Below, one piece after another: positions 20,735-30,926 of a stretch of 64,000 nt of DNA. Origin of the DNA: Schizochytrium sp. TIO01 (Eukaryota > Protista > Bigyra: Labyrinthulomycetes); assembly GCA_004764695.1 (NCBI GenBank), contig SMSO01000032.1, forward strand, positions 4,186,483-4,250,482. The letters run 5' to 3'. The first letter of the stretch is position 1. The number at the start of each line of letters is the position of its first letter. The notes under the pieces were generated by a model. It had not been told where the DNA came from. It was given only the letters and a program-made list of their open reading frames with translations, and did no database searches. Made by a program: the position numbers and the translations under genes.

Positions 20735-23602
20735 CGCAATAAATTGATTGCTGTTGCGAGAGGATGAATGAACGGGCACTGAGTTGAGAAGATCGTGAAG
20801 GGGCCTTGAACTCCGCAGCCCCTGCAGTCTTGAGGCTGCTGACCAGAGGCACACGCTGTGGAGCTAGGTGTCGAGGTAACTTGCGGACTCTCCACGGCCA
20901 TTCACACAGAGAAGAACTGGAAGGTGATGAAAACAAACACTCACTGATTGAACTCACAAGAGTCACTTGAGGAGTGTTTCCGCTCGCTATTTGCGGACCT
21001 AGTGTAAAGTAAAGCACGGTTTTTGAGAAAGAAGAACTTGAAGTTAGAGTTGTCTTGTCGTAGATTGGATGTGCCGGGTTTGTCATGGATGACGGGCATA
21101 TGGACCACTTCAACTCCTTGCCAGGATGGGGTCTGAGATAGTTCAGCAACCTAACTAGCGATGCAGCAGGTATTGTGACTGAATTAGCAGAGAATAATGG
21201 GTGCGACAACGAGAAAAAACCAAGGAGCGCTGGTGCGTGTGGAGCAATAGCCCAATGCAGTAGTTCGAGGAGCTGTGCAAAAAAACAAGTCAGACAAGAA
21301 CTTTCGAGTGCTTCACCATTGGTTGCTGCTTCCACAGAGCTTTTAGCAGAAGATCGTTGTTACAAGGTAGATACTGATAACCTCCATCAGAAAACAAAAC
21401 AAAAACGGATATATTGTGACGTAACTTAGACCGTGGCAGACAGAGTGTCAGGTGAATAATTAAGGCATGGTTAAACGTGTACGTGCATGCGAGGACGCAT
21501 TAGGTTGCATGTTTCGAGGGGTGTTTTGTTTGCGCTTCTGACTTCAAGATTATAGAGTGCTGAAGCCTCCAGCATGCAAATCTTGAACTGCAGCCCATAA
21601 GAAAATTAATAAGAATTTAAGAAACCAATCTTGTTAGTTTGTACTACCGTAGGACACGATCACTCAAGCCTTGGGGGAATATCTCATGGATAGCATGTTA
21701 CAAAACCATCAAGACGCGCAGCCAAATCTACACTTTGGCACTCCTAATTTCTTACGAGGTTCTGTCTCATACTGCTTCCTGCTTTTTAGCAGGTATAAAC
21801 ATGGCCAGGTAGTTTTTTGATGGCACCTGGTTCAACTTTCCTGACTCATCCTTCAATTTGGACTTTTCCTGAGCTTTTCTGCTGGAGTACTGAATTTACA
21901 GCAGTACTACATATCGTCTCGCGAAGGCATCTGCTCTAATACTATCTCACTCTCCATGACATATTAGCTAATATTAGCACCATGATCTGCAGCTTGCATT
22001 CATTTGGTGATAATAACACTTGCCAAAGAACCAATTTGTCCCAAACTGGCTGCTCAGGCCGGTCCCATCACTGCGGTCCCATCATCCCTGGCAGTCTTAA
22101 TTCTCCAGAACTGCGGCCGCATTCGGACGTTATTTTCTTCAGGCCATGAGCATCTTTGCAGTGGATCTAGATGGCTCTTGCCTTCAAAGAGGCTGAACCC
22201 GCGAGCAGACTTAGCACACGCACGTGCATTTAGTTTGTATAATTTAGCGGCCAAAATTTGGAGAGCGCTTGGCCTTTGTACTAACACCACTAAACGGGGT
22301 CCGCTACAGAAGCACCCCTTTTGTAAAACCTTCTCGTTAAAAGAAATAAAAATTATATACTAAAAAAGTAATAAATAAATTATCTATATAGGAGAAAAGT
22401 AAAAGAAAGGAAAGAAAGCAGTTAGTTCCTGTACATGCGAATGGCAATACAAAAGGTGGATTGTTCGATCATTGTCATCGGATGACTTTCTATGTCGAGA
22501 AGTTTGCCACGATCTTTTCGCGAGCTGATCCTTGGCCTTAGTGTCGTGTTCGGTCTGGTGGAAGTACCGTAGCATGTGATTGCCTCAGAATTCAGGAGAA
22601 TATTTGTTTTCTTACACTTTCGAAGTAAACAAAATATAATAGAATGAGTGTTAACTAACTAACATAACCTCAATAGTTTTGATTTTCAATCGTCTTGCGA
22701 GAATGATAAAAGACCGTCGACGGAACTTTGAAGCCAGTTTTATAAAAAAGAAGAAAGGCGGATAAGCTGGGGAATGATAAACACTTTTTAAAATAAAAAT
22801 ATTAAATTAAGTTATAAAATAATAATATTACATTTAAATTAAAATAAATAAAAAATAGAAATACCTACAATAAAATGAGGAATTGTCGCAAGAATCCATT
22901 ACAGACACGGATATCGGCACAGTTGGCTCGAGCGAAGAAGGCGGCTCCTGCGCTTCAAGTTAGTTTCTTTCACGATCGTCCGAGCCCATTTCGTCTGGGT
23001 TTGCGCACAGGTCATGTAGTTCTGAAGATGAAGCTGAAGATGAGATGAGGGAGACCCTGATTCTGCCAGACGGTAATGCAATTCATCTCTGGAGCCGTAG
23101 AAGTCCCTACCCTTATCCTAGAGGGGACAAGTGGAAAGAAAGAAGTGTGGCACAACATTTATTTACATAAACCAATGCTCTCTAATCAATAATCAATTCT
23201 TCTTCGTATATTAAGCAGTCAGCATTGGAGGCAGCAGAAGGTTGTCATTTCTCATCGACAGAAGACCATCGACTGCAGCGATTGAGGGGAAGCGGCTAAG
23301 GGCCGAGGACACATGCTGCGTGGATGCAGGCATGACCGCTCAGAGAGGAAGGAGCTGAGCTCCTGAGAAGTTTGATCGTTTGTTTGATTGATTGTTTGTT
23401 TGTTTGTTTGTTGCCATCCAAGTTGGGGTTTATCCTTTGGGCGACCTCTTTGTAGAGGTGATAGCGGTGCTACTGTTATCGGTAGCAGTCTTTGTACATC
23501 GTCCATCTTACTCGAAATGTTATTATTATTATTATTATTATTAATTTATTTTTACTAAAGAGATAAGAAGGAGAAAGGAATAATAAGTTGAATGAAAGAA
23601 TA

Positions 23603-23659
23603 AATGAATGAATGAATGAATGAATGAATGAATGAATGAATGAATGAATGAATGAATGA
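23603..23659. repeat. (GAAT)n microsatellite, with (TTA)n at about 23520-23543
   Basis: Direct reading. Confidence 0.95.
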
Positions 23660-24528
23660 GTAAATGAGTGCATGAATACAGACAGTCAGACAGACAGACA
23701 AACGAAGAATCAAGCAAACTCCAACTCCTGAAAGCGGAGGACCAGGCGAGCGAGAAGAGGTGGCTCGCTTCGCCTCGAGAACCCTCCAGGCCAGGTGTGA
23801 GGACCTGCAGGACTTCTCTTCGCGAGCGAGCGTGTGTGCGTGTTGCGTGAATTGATTCACCGCCGTGTTCTCTCTACAAGAGGCGCCTCTTTTGTTTGTT
23901 TTTCTACACTGTTCCTTTCTTCTCCATTCCTTTGGACTGTCTGGAGTCGATCTTCCCCAGACCTTGTGCTGCAGTGAAGTGCAAAGCGCCTACGGAAGGC
24001 TCGGACCTTGAAGGTGCACAAAGACGCTACTGGGGCCGCGGACCTCACGCAGAACGTTTGTTGCAAGCTGAGGTAGTCCTCGCACAGCATTCGGGTGGGT
24101 CGGTTGTAGTGACGCTCAGTTTCCTTATCTCAGGTCTGTTCTGTTTTGAGCCCTCTTAGTTTGAGATTCTTCGTTCTGACTCTGGAAAGAACACTGAGCA
24201 CCTGAGGTTTGCTGCACCCCGTCAGTTAATTGAGGGATCCAGTAAATCTTGGGTCGCGCCGTTTGGCTCGAGGCAAGTAAATTTAGTGAAGCAGAACACT
24301 CCAGCTTCAAGGAAAGATCATCTGTCTCCAGTTCCTGGCTGGGTTCAATTCAAGACAGGTTGAATCACCATAAATTCCTAGGTTTCGTTCGCTGCAAAAG
24401 GAGGTCGGCTGATCTCGCACGTGCTTTATCAAGATTTGTGGAAGTACCTATTAGAGACCTGTCGTAATTCACTTGGAGCAAAGATTGGATTCTTCTCGAC
24501 ATAACTTCTGCTGCAGGGTATAAGCAAA

Positions 24529-26241
24529 ATGAGGTCTTACTCGTCATCAACATCGCCCAGCAAAAGGGCGTCCTGGGCAGGACCACGCAAACACAAATCG
24601 TTTTTTATTGCCATCTTGGTGGCAGTGTTACTGCTGCTCATCATGGTCATTATGGAGTATGTTGAGTTCTTCAGGTGGCTTCAAACTAGTACACAAAACG
24701 CAAACCGCAGAACTCAGAGCCAGGGTGCTCCATTGTTCCGAAAAGCACAAGGCATGCACGTGCAAATTAGTGCCGTCTTCAACGATTATGAAGATGAAAA
24801 GGAAGCTTTTTCTGATAGCTCTGATGGTAGACTTACGGACTTCACGCCTTTAGATGAAGTTGGCGATGGACCTAAAGTCTCACATCCCCCTCCCCCCCCT
24901 CGCAAATTCCAGGTAATTGAGGCACAAAGGCAGCAACAGAACCTTGCAAATTCCGAATATAATGATGCAGAATTAAGCTCGAGAGCCGATTCGTCAAACC
25001 GTGAGTTTGATCATGACTACAATATGGGTGGAAATAGCAAACCAACCTATACTGCACTCGTAAACGAGTCGGAGGCTTTTCAGTCAATAAGTAGCGAAGA
25101 GCGTGATCGGGAAGCCTTTGAGTCATCTTCTTCATTTGGATTATCTACCCATGGAAGCGAGGATGACCACGACCCGGTTGATGATTTGAACCCAGATATC
25201 ACAGCCTCTCAGTTGCCGCGTACCCTGACACGGGAGTACAATGTTCTTGAGCCAGGTCGTAAGTACTTTATTTACTCGCCATCTGGAGGCTGGAATAACC
25301 AACTTGCATGCTTGTTAAATGCGCTCGTGCTTGCAAAAATGAGCGGGCGTGATCTGATCGTGCCTCCGATGGCCCGCCACTCAGATATGTTTACTGGTTA
25401 TCTCAAAGTGCAGGCAAGGGGAACTACCCCAATGGACACGGTTGTGGACCTTGACTATTTGGAACAGTCCTCGGGCGTCCGTATCCTTGCCATGAATCTG
25501 ACTCTTGAACAGTTTGCAAACCAGGTTCTAGAGCCTTCGATTACTAAAATTGTTACTGTGCCACGAGGAGAAACCTTGATTCGGCCAACAAATAAACTTT
25601 TGTATTCCAAGGTTGAAGGTTGGATCAAGAAGGCACCAGAGAAGGTAGTTTATTATCGCGGGCCGTTTTTCTCTCGTCATTGGGCTGATTGGGAAATTGG
25701 CTCACCAAAAGCTGAGGTATGGAAGCATCTTCAGTATGCGCCGTACTTGCAGGCAATTGCTCAGCAAGTTCAGGATACACTCTTCCCGGAGGGTTACAAT
25801 GCCTTGCATATTCGCATGGGTGACTATTTGGCTCGTCTCCAAGGCCGTGCTGGTGATGGGTCGCGTCAGTGGGTAAAGGCTGTGAAAACTTTAGGATGGG
25901 CACCGGAGCGAGCGTTGTACGTAGCTTCTGACATGCCCGGAACCTCCACTCACTTTACAAACCTTCGCAGTTTCGCTAATCACTCGTATTTTATGGCGGA
26001 TGTCGAGGCGCGTGGAATCTTGAACGAGTTTAAGGAGCTTGTCCCACACCCAAAGCTTCAGAGTGATATTTTTGGTCTTGTGGAGCAACTCATCTGCGTT
26101 GATGCAAACAACTGGATTGGCTCCTATTTCTCAACTTTCTCTCTCACCATTAACATGATGCGGGACAACGATGAGAACTCACGTCTCATGACATCTTTTG
26201 GCGGTCTTCGTCGTCGCCATAAGCCTTCTGCAAACACATAA
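24529..26241 (+). CDS. GDP-fucose protein O-fucosyltransferase-like type II membrane protein
   Basis: N-terminal TM segment (FFIAILVAVLLLLIMVIM); GGWNNQ..NALVLAKMSGRDLIVPP; ALHIRMGD; LYVASD; VEQLIC..WIGSYFSTFS. Confidence 0.85.
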   Translation: MRSYSSSTSPSKRASWAGPRKHKSFFIAILVAVLLLLIMVIMEYVEFFRWLQTSTQNANRRTQSQGAPLFRKAQGMHVQISAVFNDYEDEKEAFSDSSDGRLTDFTPLDEVGDGPKVSHPPPPPRKFQVIEAQRQQQNLANSEYNDAELSSRADSSNREFDHDYNMGGNSKPTYTALVNESEAFQSISSEERDREAFESSSSFGLSTHGSEDDHDPVDDLNPDITASQLPRTLTREYNVLEPGRKYFIYSPSGGWNNQLACLLNALVLAKMSGRDLIVPPMARHSDMFTGYLKVQARGTTPMDTVVDLDYLEQSSGVRILAMNLTLEQFANQVLEPSITKIVTVPRGETLIRPTNKLLYSKVEGWIKKAPEKVVYYRGPFFSRHWADWEIGSPKAEVWKHLQYAPYLQAIAQQVQDTLFPEGYNALHIRMGDYLARLQGRAGDGSRQWVKAVKTLGWAPERALYVASDMPGTSTHFTNLRSFANHSYFMADVEARGILNEFKELVPHPKLQSDIFGLVEQLICVDANNWIGSYFSTFSLTINMMRDNDENSRLMTSFGGLRRRHKPSANT

Positions 26242-27090
26242 GATAGAGGAAAGAAAACAACCACAGTTAAGCCTTGTCATAGTTGGTTCATGTGCATCTC
26301 TTCCCTCTTACTTTCTCACGCTTCGATTATGCTTTTAGGAGGATGGTACGATCGTACTTAAACACACACCCACTGACTTATTTTTGCGCGCTCTTTTAAA
26401 AAAAGCACAGACGCTGGTTGAATTGGTCAAGAATTATAACAAAACGCACGTTGCTCACCTTCATTTAAGGAAAAGAGAGAGAAAAACAAAAACAAAAAAC
26501 AAAACAAAACAAAACAGACAAAAACACATACAACAATTAAAGATATACAACCGTTACGAACCTTTAATGTGATGATTTCAGTCGATACCTTAAATCTATT
26601 ATGATTCCACCAGGTGATCATTATTACAGTTCAAACAGTCAGTTTGTTATACAAGACAATATAAACATGAATGACCTGTTCTAGTTGTTTTGGAAGTACC
26701 TACATGCCACAATAGATAGGTACGACTGATTTATAAAGTTAGCTACGAAAACTCCGTCACTCAAGCGTTCTGATTAGAGACGAATCCTTGTGTATAAAAT
26801 GATTCGCTTCTATAAAACTTCAAAAAAGAGTTCACGCTGATCCAATATTTGGGGCAGCAAAAACTAAGAAGTAATTGAGAATAAGTCAAAGATTTAAGTG
26901 CCTTCAAAATATTACTAGTATTTCTTTACAACTAGAGCAAATAATGCAGTGTATCTCTAGAAGCATGCACCCTAGTATAACTGTGGGAGTGCGATTTTAC
27001 AAATAGGAGTTTTTATGGCCCTTCCTCCGCCTCCTCACTCCTGTTTTTAGTTCGATTATTTGTATGTTGTTTAATCATTTTGTAATGTTC

Positions 27091-29085
27091 CTAGCTTTGC
27101 TTGTTTAGCACCTTGGTTTCATACTTGTGCCAAGTATCAATAGCACGCTGCAGCTGATCTCGAATCTGCAAGAGGAACATTGCGACAGTGCTGTTACTAT
27201 TTTCACGAGCATAGTTGCGAAAATCTTCATTGCGCTGTTGGATGAGTTTAAGTTTCTCGACAATAGACTGAACACGTCGTAGCAAGGCACTTTGTGCCCG
27301 GGGGTCGCGATGCTTCACTAACTCCTGGAATGAAGTCCAAAATTGCCTACGAATTTCATTGCATGCCCGAAAAACTCGCAAGAGCTCGTTGTGATCCGTG
27401 AGCTGCGATACTTCAGTAACGTTTTCATCTGCGCCACGCTCATTATTCGAGCCGAGAACATGACGTAATACGTCAACAGCTACGGAAGACTTGGGAAGAA
27501 CATTTCGCAAATCCCCAGAGTTCCACTCGAGAATGTTAGCACTGGGAACAATAACATCAGAAGCTATTTCTTGAGCTGGGCTTGCTTGTGCTGCAGGAGG
27601 TTTTGCTACTGCTGTGCCCCCCACAGCAATGTATGCACTTAGTTGTTCATTCAGTTGCAAGGGCACAGGCTGAGGGCCACGCCTAATCCCCCCAGCTTCT
27701 TCAAGGTCGTGAAAGGTGTCAGCCTTCTTTTCGGATTCCTTCATACGGCGAATGCGTTTAGCTGCGCGGAGACGATGACCTTCACTTTCTTCATCTGGTA
27801 AAACAGTTTTCGCGTGACGATTGTATCTAGACATCAGTGGCCCAGACTCTACAGGAAGGGAGTCAAGGCGTTTAACATCATCAATTGTAACCTTACGTCC
27901 TAACCGTTGCAATTTGCGGCGATGTTTAGCCTCGCGTTCCTCTTCGCCGGGATCACGTTGCGCGATGCCGAATCCGGCACGATCCGCCATACCAACAGCT
28001 GCAAGTTCGTTTGCGGCACCACGTGGATTATCATTTAGAGTTTGAAGAAGATCAACATTAGGAGCCACAGGCGGAACATCGTGGGGGTGATTTCCATGGT
28101 TATCAAAGGTGATGATATGTTTTTTACCAAGGTCCTCCATGTCTTCTTCGTCATCAAAGTCTCCAAAGAGCGAGATTGCAGCTTGTACATCGTCACTAGC
28201 CAACATTTCAGGGCCGATCTTCCACATGGGCGGGTGATACCTCGAGAAGAAATAGAGATGCCAAAAGCGCTCTTCGGAGAACTCCTTAGTCAGCTGTACC
28301 TTCTCCTGATAGAGACGGTGCACACGGCGGTGTTCAAGAAAGATACGCTTGATAACCTCTGGCGTCAGTACGTAGTTGATCTCGTCTCGAGAAACAGCAG
28401 CTGGTTCTACATCTGCTGTGAGGCCTGTAGAAAGCCCTCGAAATTGCATGACGCTACGTTTCTCCTCCTGAACCTGGTCTTCACGTGCCTCCCAAAACTC
28501 CTTCACTGTCATAAGTGCAGGTACCGTTGACATATATACTGCAAGAAGGTCAGGGTTGGTCTCAAGCAGCTGTCGTCTCGCCAAATTAGTCTGTGGTGTT
28601 GCGTCAGGGTCATCTTCAATATCCACGCTGCTGGGATCCAAAGGACGACCATATTTCTCAAAGTATTCCCCACTTGGCTGTGAAGATCCTGTGTTGACAG
28701 ACATACCGGGGCCTCCCGAAGATTGGTTTTGAACACCACCTGCGCTAGTTTGCTGCGATATTGTAGTTGCGGCTTTGGTTAGCTCGTTTCGCACAGTAAG
28801 CGCTGCGTTTTGACGAGCGCCGAAGTTGAAGGTGCACTTTTTGGGTTTGTTGCGGCCAGGTACGATTCTAAGGACCTGGATAAAATACTCGGACATGTTG
28901 TTGCCCAGTTTCTCGTCTATGAGCTCTCCTCGGGTTGCAGAGAAGCCGTGGTGAGCCTCCGTGGAGTCCGTGGGTTTGAAGACGAGCCGCAGTGTCTCGC
29001 CCACGCCGCTTGTGACGGAGAGCGACCCAGAAACCCAGACCTTGCCCACGCGCAGCTTCACGTCGCTATACTCGTAAGACGGCAT
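27091..29085 (-). CDS. GTF2H1: TFIIH subunit p62/Tfb1 (PH-like plus two BSD domains)
   Basis: LLETNPDLLAVY...EFWEAR; INYVLTPEVIKRIFLEH..V..LYQEKV..FSEERFWHLYFFSRY; RYNRHAKTVL; C-terminal helical EIRRQFWTSF. Confidence 0.85.
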   Translation of the reverse strand: MPSYEYSDVKLRVGKVWVSGSLSVTSGVGETLRLVFKPTDSTEAHHGFSATRGELIDEKLGNNMSEYFIQVLRIVPGRNKPKKCTFNFGARQNAALTVRNELTKAATTISQQTSAGGVQNQSSGGPGMSVNTGSSQPSGEYFEKYGRPLDPSSVDIEDDPDATPQTNLARRQLLETNPDLLAVYMSTVPALMTVKEFWEAREDQVQEEKRSVMQFRGLSTGLTADVEPAAVSRDEINYVLTPEVIKRIFLEHRRVHRLYQEKVQLTKEFSEERFWHLYFFSRYHPPMWKIGPEMLASDDVQAAISLFGDFDDEEDMEDLGKKHIITFDNHGNHPHDVPPVAPNVDLLQTLNDNPRGAANELAAVGMADRAGFGIAQRDPGEEEREAKHRRKLQRLGRKVTIDDVKRLDSLPVESGPLMSRYNRHAKTVLPDEESEGHRLRAAKRIRRMKESEKKADTFHDLEEAGGIRRGPQPVPLQLNEQLSAYIAVGGTAVAKPPAAQASPAQEIASDVIVPSANILEWNSGDLRNVLPKSSVAVDVLRHVLGSNNERGADENVTEVSQLTDHNELLRVFRACNEIRRQFWTSFQELVKHRDPRAQSALLRRVQSIVEKLKLIQQRNEDFRNYARENSNSTVAMFLLQIRDQLQRAIDTWHKYETKVLNKQS

Positions 29086-29831
29086 TTCGCCACCTGTTTG
29101 TCTACCTGCCTGTATTAGTGGCTGACCGAGATCGCTGCGAGAGCGGTGCGATCAATGTGAATTGATGATCAATCTTTGATCTCCTGGGTAAAGTGCTTAT
29201 TATGAGCACCTTCTAAGTTCTCCTATAAGGGTCATACTACGGAAACCAAAGGAACAAAGAACCACCAAGGAACCTATTCAGAACCTCCATAACATCATTT
29301 CACTCGAGGCGAAGTAGAGGTCTCTACGACAGTAATTTACTCCTCAAGAAAGAAGGTTTGCCTCTGATTGCCTTGAACGCCCTCAGCAAGTTCAATGACC
29401 AGAGTTCCTATAGCAAATGTATATCCGAGTCAGCAAAAATTGCAAATTTACATCTGTGAAAATACCGCTTTGTATACAAGGGCAATAACGACATCTGACC
29501 TCGCCTCTGTAGAATCTCTAAGTCTTCAATAAAGAGCACTGTAGACAGCAAACATTTTCATTTTCAATTTCTTTCAAATTTTCTAAACTATTTTCTTCAA
29601 TTAAAAATCTTTTAAATAAACAAATGATATATAACCTCGCTGGCAAAATAGTTGTTTGGCAATCAAAATCGCTAATTCAGCTACCGCGGTACAGACTTAT
29701 CAGGTATAACCATCATTATGTAGATTGCTGCTCCTATGAAAACGAGAACTTGCATGACCTCCAAATGATAGTGACTATTCCATGTAAATGACATATTGTA
29801 ATTATTTTGGTCTTTGAGGTAAGGTAAGAAA

Positions 29832-30466
29832 ATGGAATGGCCAAGGAACCTCCCAGCTCCAAGCACTAAACCTCCAATTCAATTTATCAAAGTACTTCAA
29901 CCAGAAGTTTGACGTCTCGGCAAGCCTTCTTTGGGTGCTTCCCAGAGTCAATCGCATGTATACAAGTGATGGTGTCGAGCCCATCTATGACTGCGGTTTG
30001 TTCCGGCTGCCGCGAGCAACGGAGCACCGACTGTACCATTGTATTCATTACAATGTCCTCCGCCAAGCCAAAAGAGAATTATAAACCCCGGATTGGTGAC
30101 CTCCAACGTGCCTTTTTAGACGCCTTCACCGTCTACAAAGACATATCCTTTTACCCAAATTTGAGGCCTCAACACGTTAGCAAGATGGATCACAATCAGG
30201 ACAGCTCCAAGGATGCGGCCTTCGTTGGCTATCGACAAGTGCCCATTCACAAAGCCGAGATTTTCCTCTGCCAGTGGCGAAACCGAGTTCTTTGCCGAGA
30301 AGATTGCACTTCAAAACCACGCAAGGAATGGGGTCTCATCCACGACGATCTCGGAAGATCCAAGGTTTTCAAGTCCTCAAGAAATGCAAGCTAACACGAA
30401 ACAGATCGTGACATCCACGCCCACAGAGGCATCATTTTGCCCTACTTATCGAAGGAAATGATTTGA
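29832..30466 (+). pseudogene. TnpA N-terminal half fused by deletion to the Fanzor2 C-terminal RuvC/zinc-finger region
   Basis: SKYFNQKFDVSAS..VNRMYTSDGVE; IVFITMSSAKPKENYKPRIGDLQRAFLDAFTVYKDI (TnpA); junction at about 30144; then ILLPKFE..REDCTSKPRKEWGLIHDDLGRSKVFK..DRDIHAHRGIILPYLSKEMI* (Fanzor2). Confidence 0.88.
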
Positions 30467-30575
30467 GAGTTGTCGTTGAGTCGCTGGTTGATTTCAACTC
30501 GTGATTGGGCCTTAACCTCGCTTTGTCACCAAGGGAAATCAAGTTTTGCAAATTTTGTATGTCAATTTCGAAGTG
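30467..30575 (+). ncRNA. Candidate Fanzor omegaRNA scaffold / element right end, copy 2 (decayed)
   Basis: Conserved with 2031-2141. Potential stem GAGTTG (30467-72) with CAACTC (30495-500). Shared core ctcgtgattgggccttaacc..tgtcacc..ggaaat..ttttgcaaatttt. Confidence 0.55.
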
Positions 30576-30926
30576 GTTTTTCAGAAAGAAAGGAGAAGAT
30601 TGTAATGGCCTATTTTTCTTTTAAGACGCAGTAGTACTTAATAGTGAGTATCAGCAGTACTCTCATTGTTATCAAATGACTTTAGTTTTTTAGTTTGATA
30701 GGAGAAATAGGACGAAAGAAAGATCATAATCATACAGAAGAAAGATAAGAAGATCGATGAGTAAGTTGTTGAGAAAGTTTTCGATTCCATTCCACCTCAC
30801 CGGCGCAAACCCACTTCGCGCCGGGCCGCGGTGAGCCTCACCCTCGCGTTGGCCTCTTCTTTGCCGGTCGCCTTGTAGGCAGCCTCGCAGGCTTCTGGGC
30901 AGGCTTCTAGGCAGACGTGAGGGACC

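Larger units (their letters stand above)
29340..30575 (+). mobile_element. Internally deleted (non-autonomous) copy 2 of the IS607-Fanzor2 element
   Basis: Collinear with 308-827 and 1747-2141. Has an extra segment of about 300 bp (about 29426-29730) that is absent from copy 1. Sits between the divergently transcribed GTF2H1 and MON2 genes. Left boundary approximate. Confidence 0.85.

Noticed and set aside
20516-21335. ORFs with LFVC/TNKQ repeats, including the 269-aa minus-strand ORF
   Set aside because: Produced by the (ACAA)n microsatellite. The remainder has no recognisable protein features.
29909-30394. 161-aa ORF as a functional TnpA-Fanzor fusion protein
   Set aside because: Non-ATG start, mutated catalytic and zinc-finger residues, part of it out of frame with the ancestral proteins, and it stops before RuvC-III.
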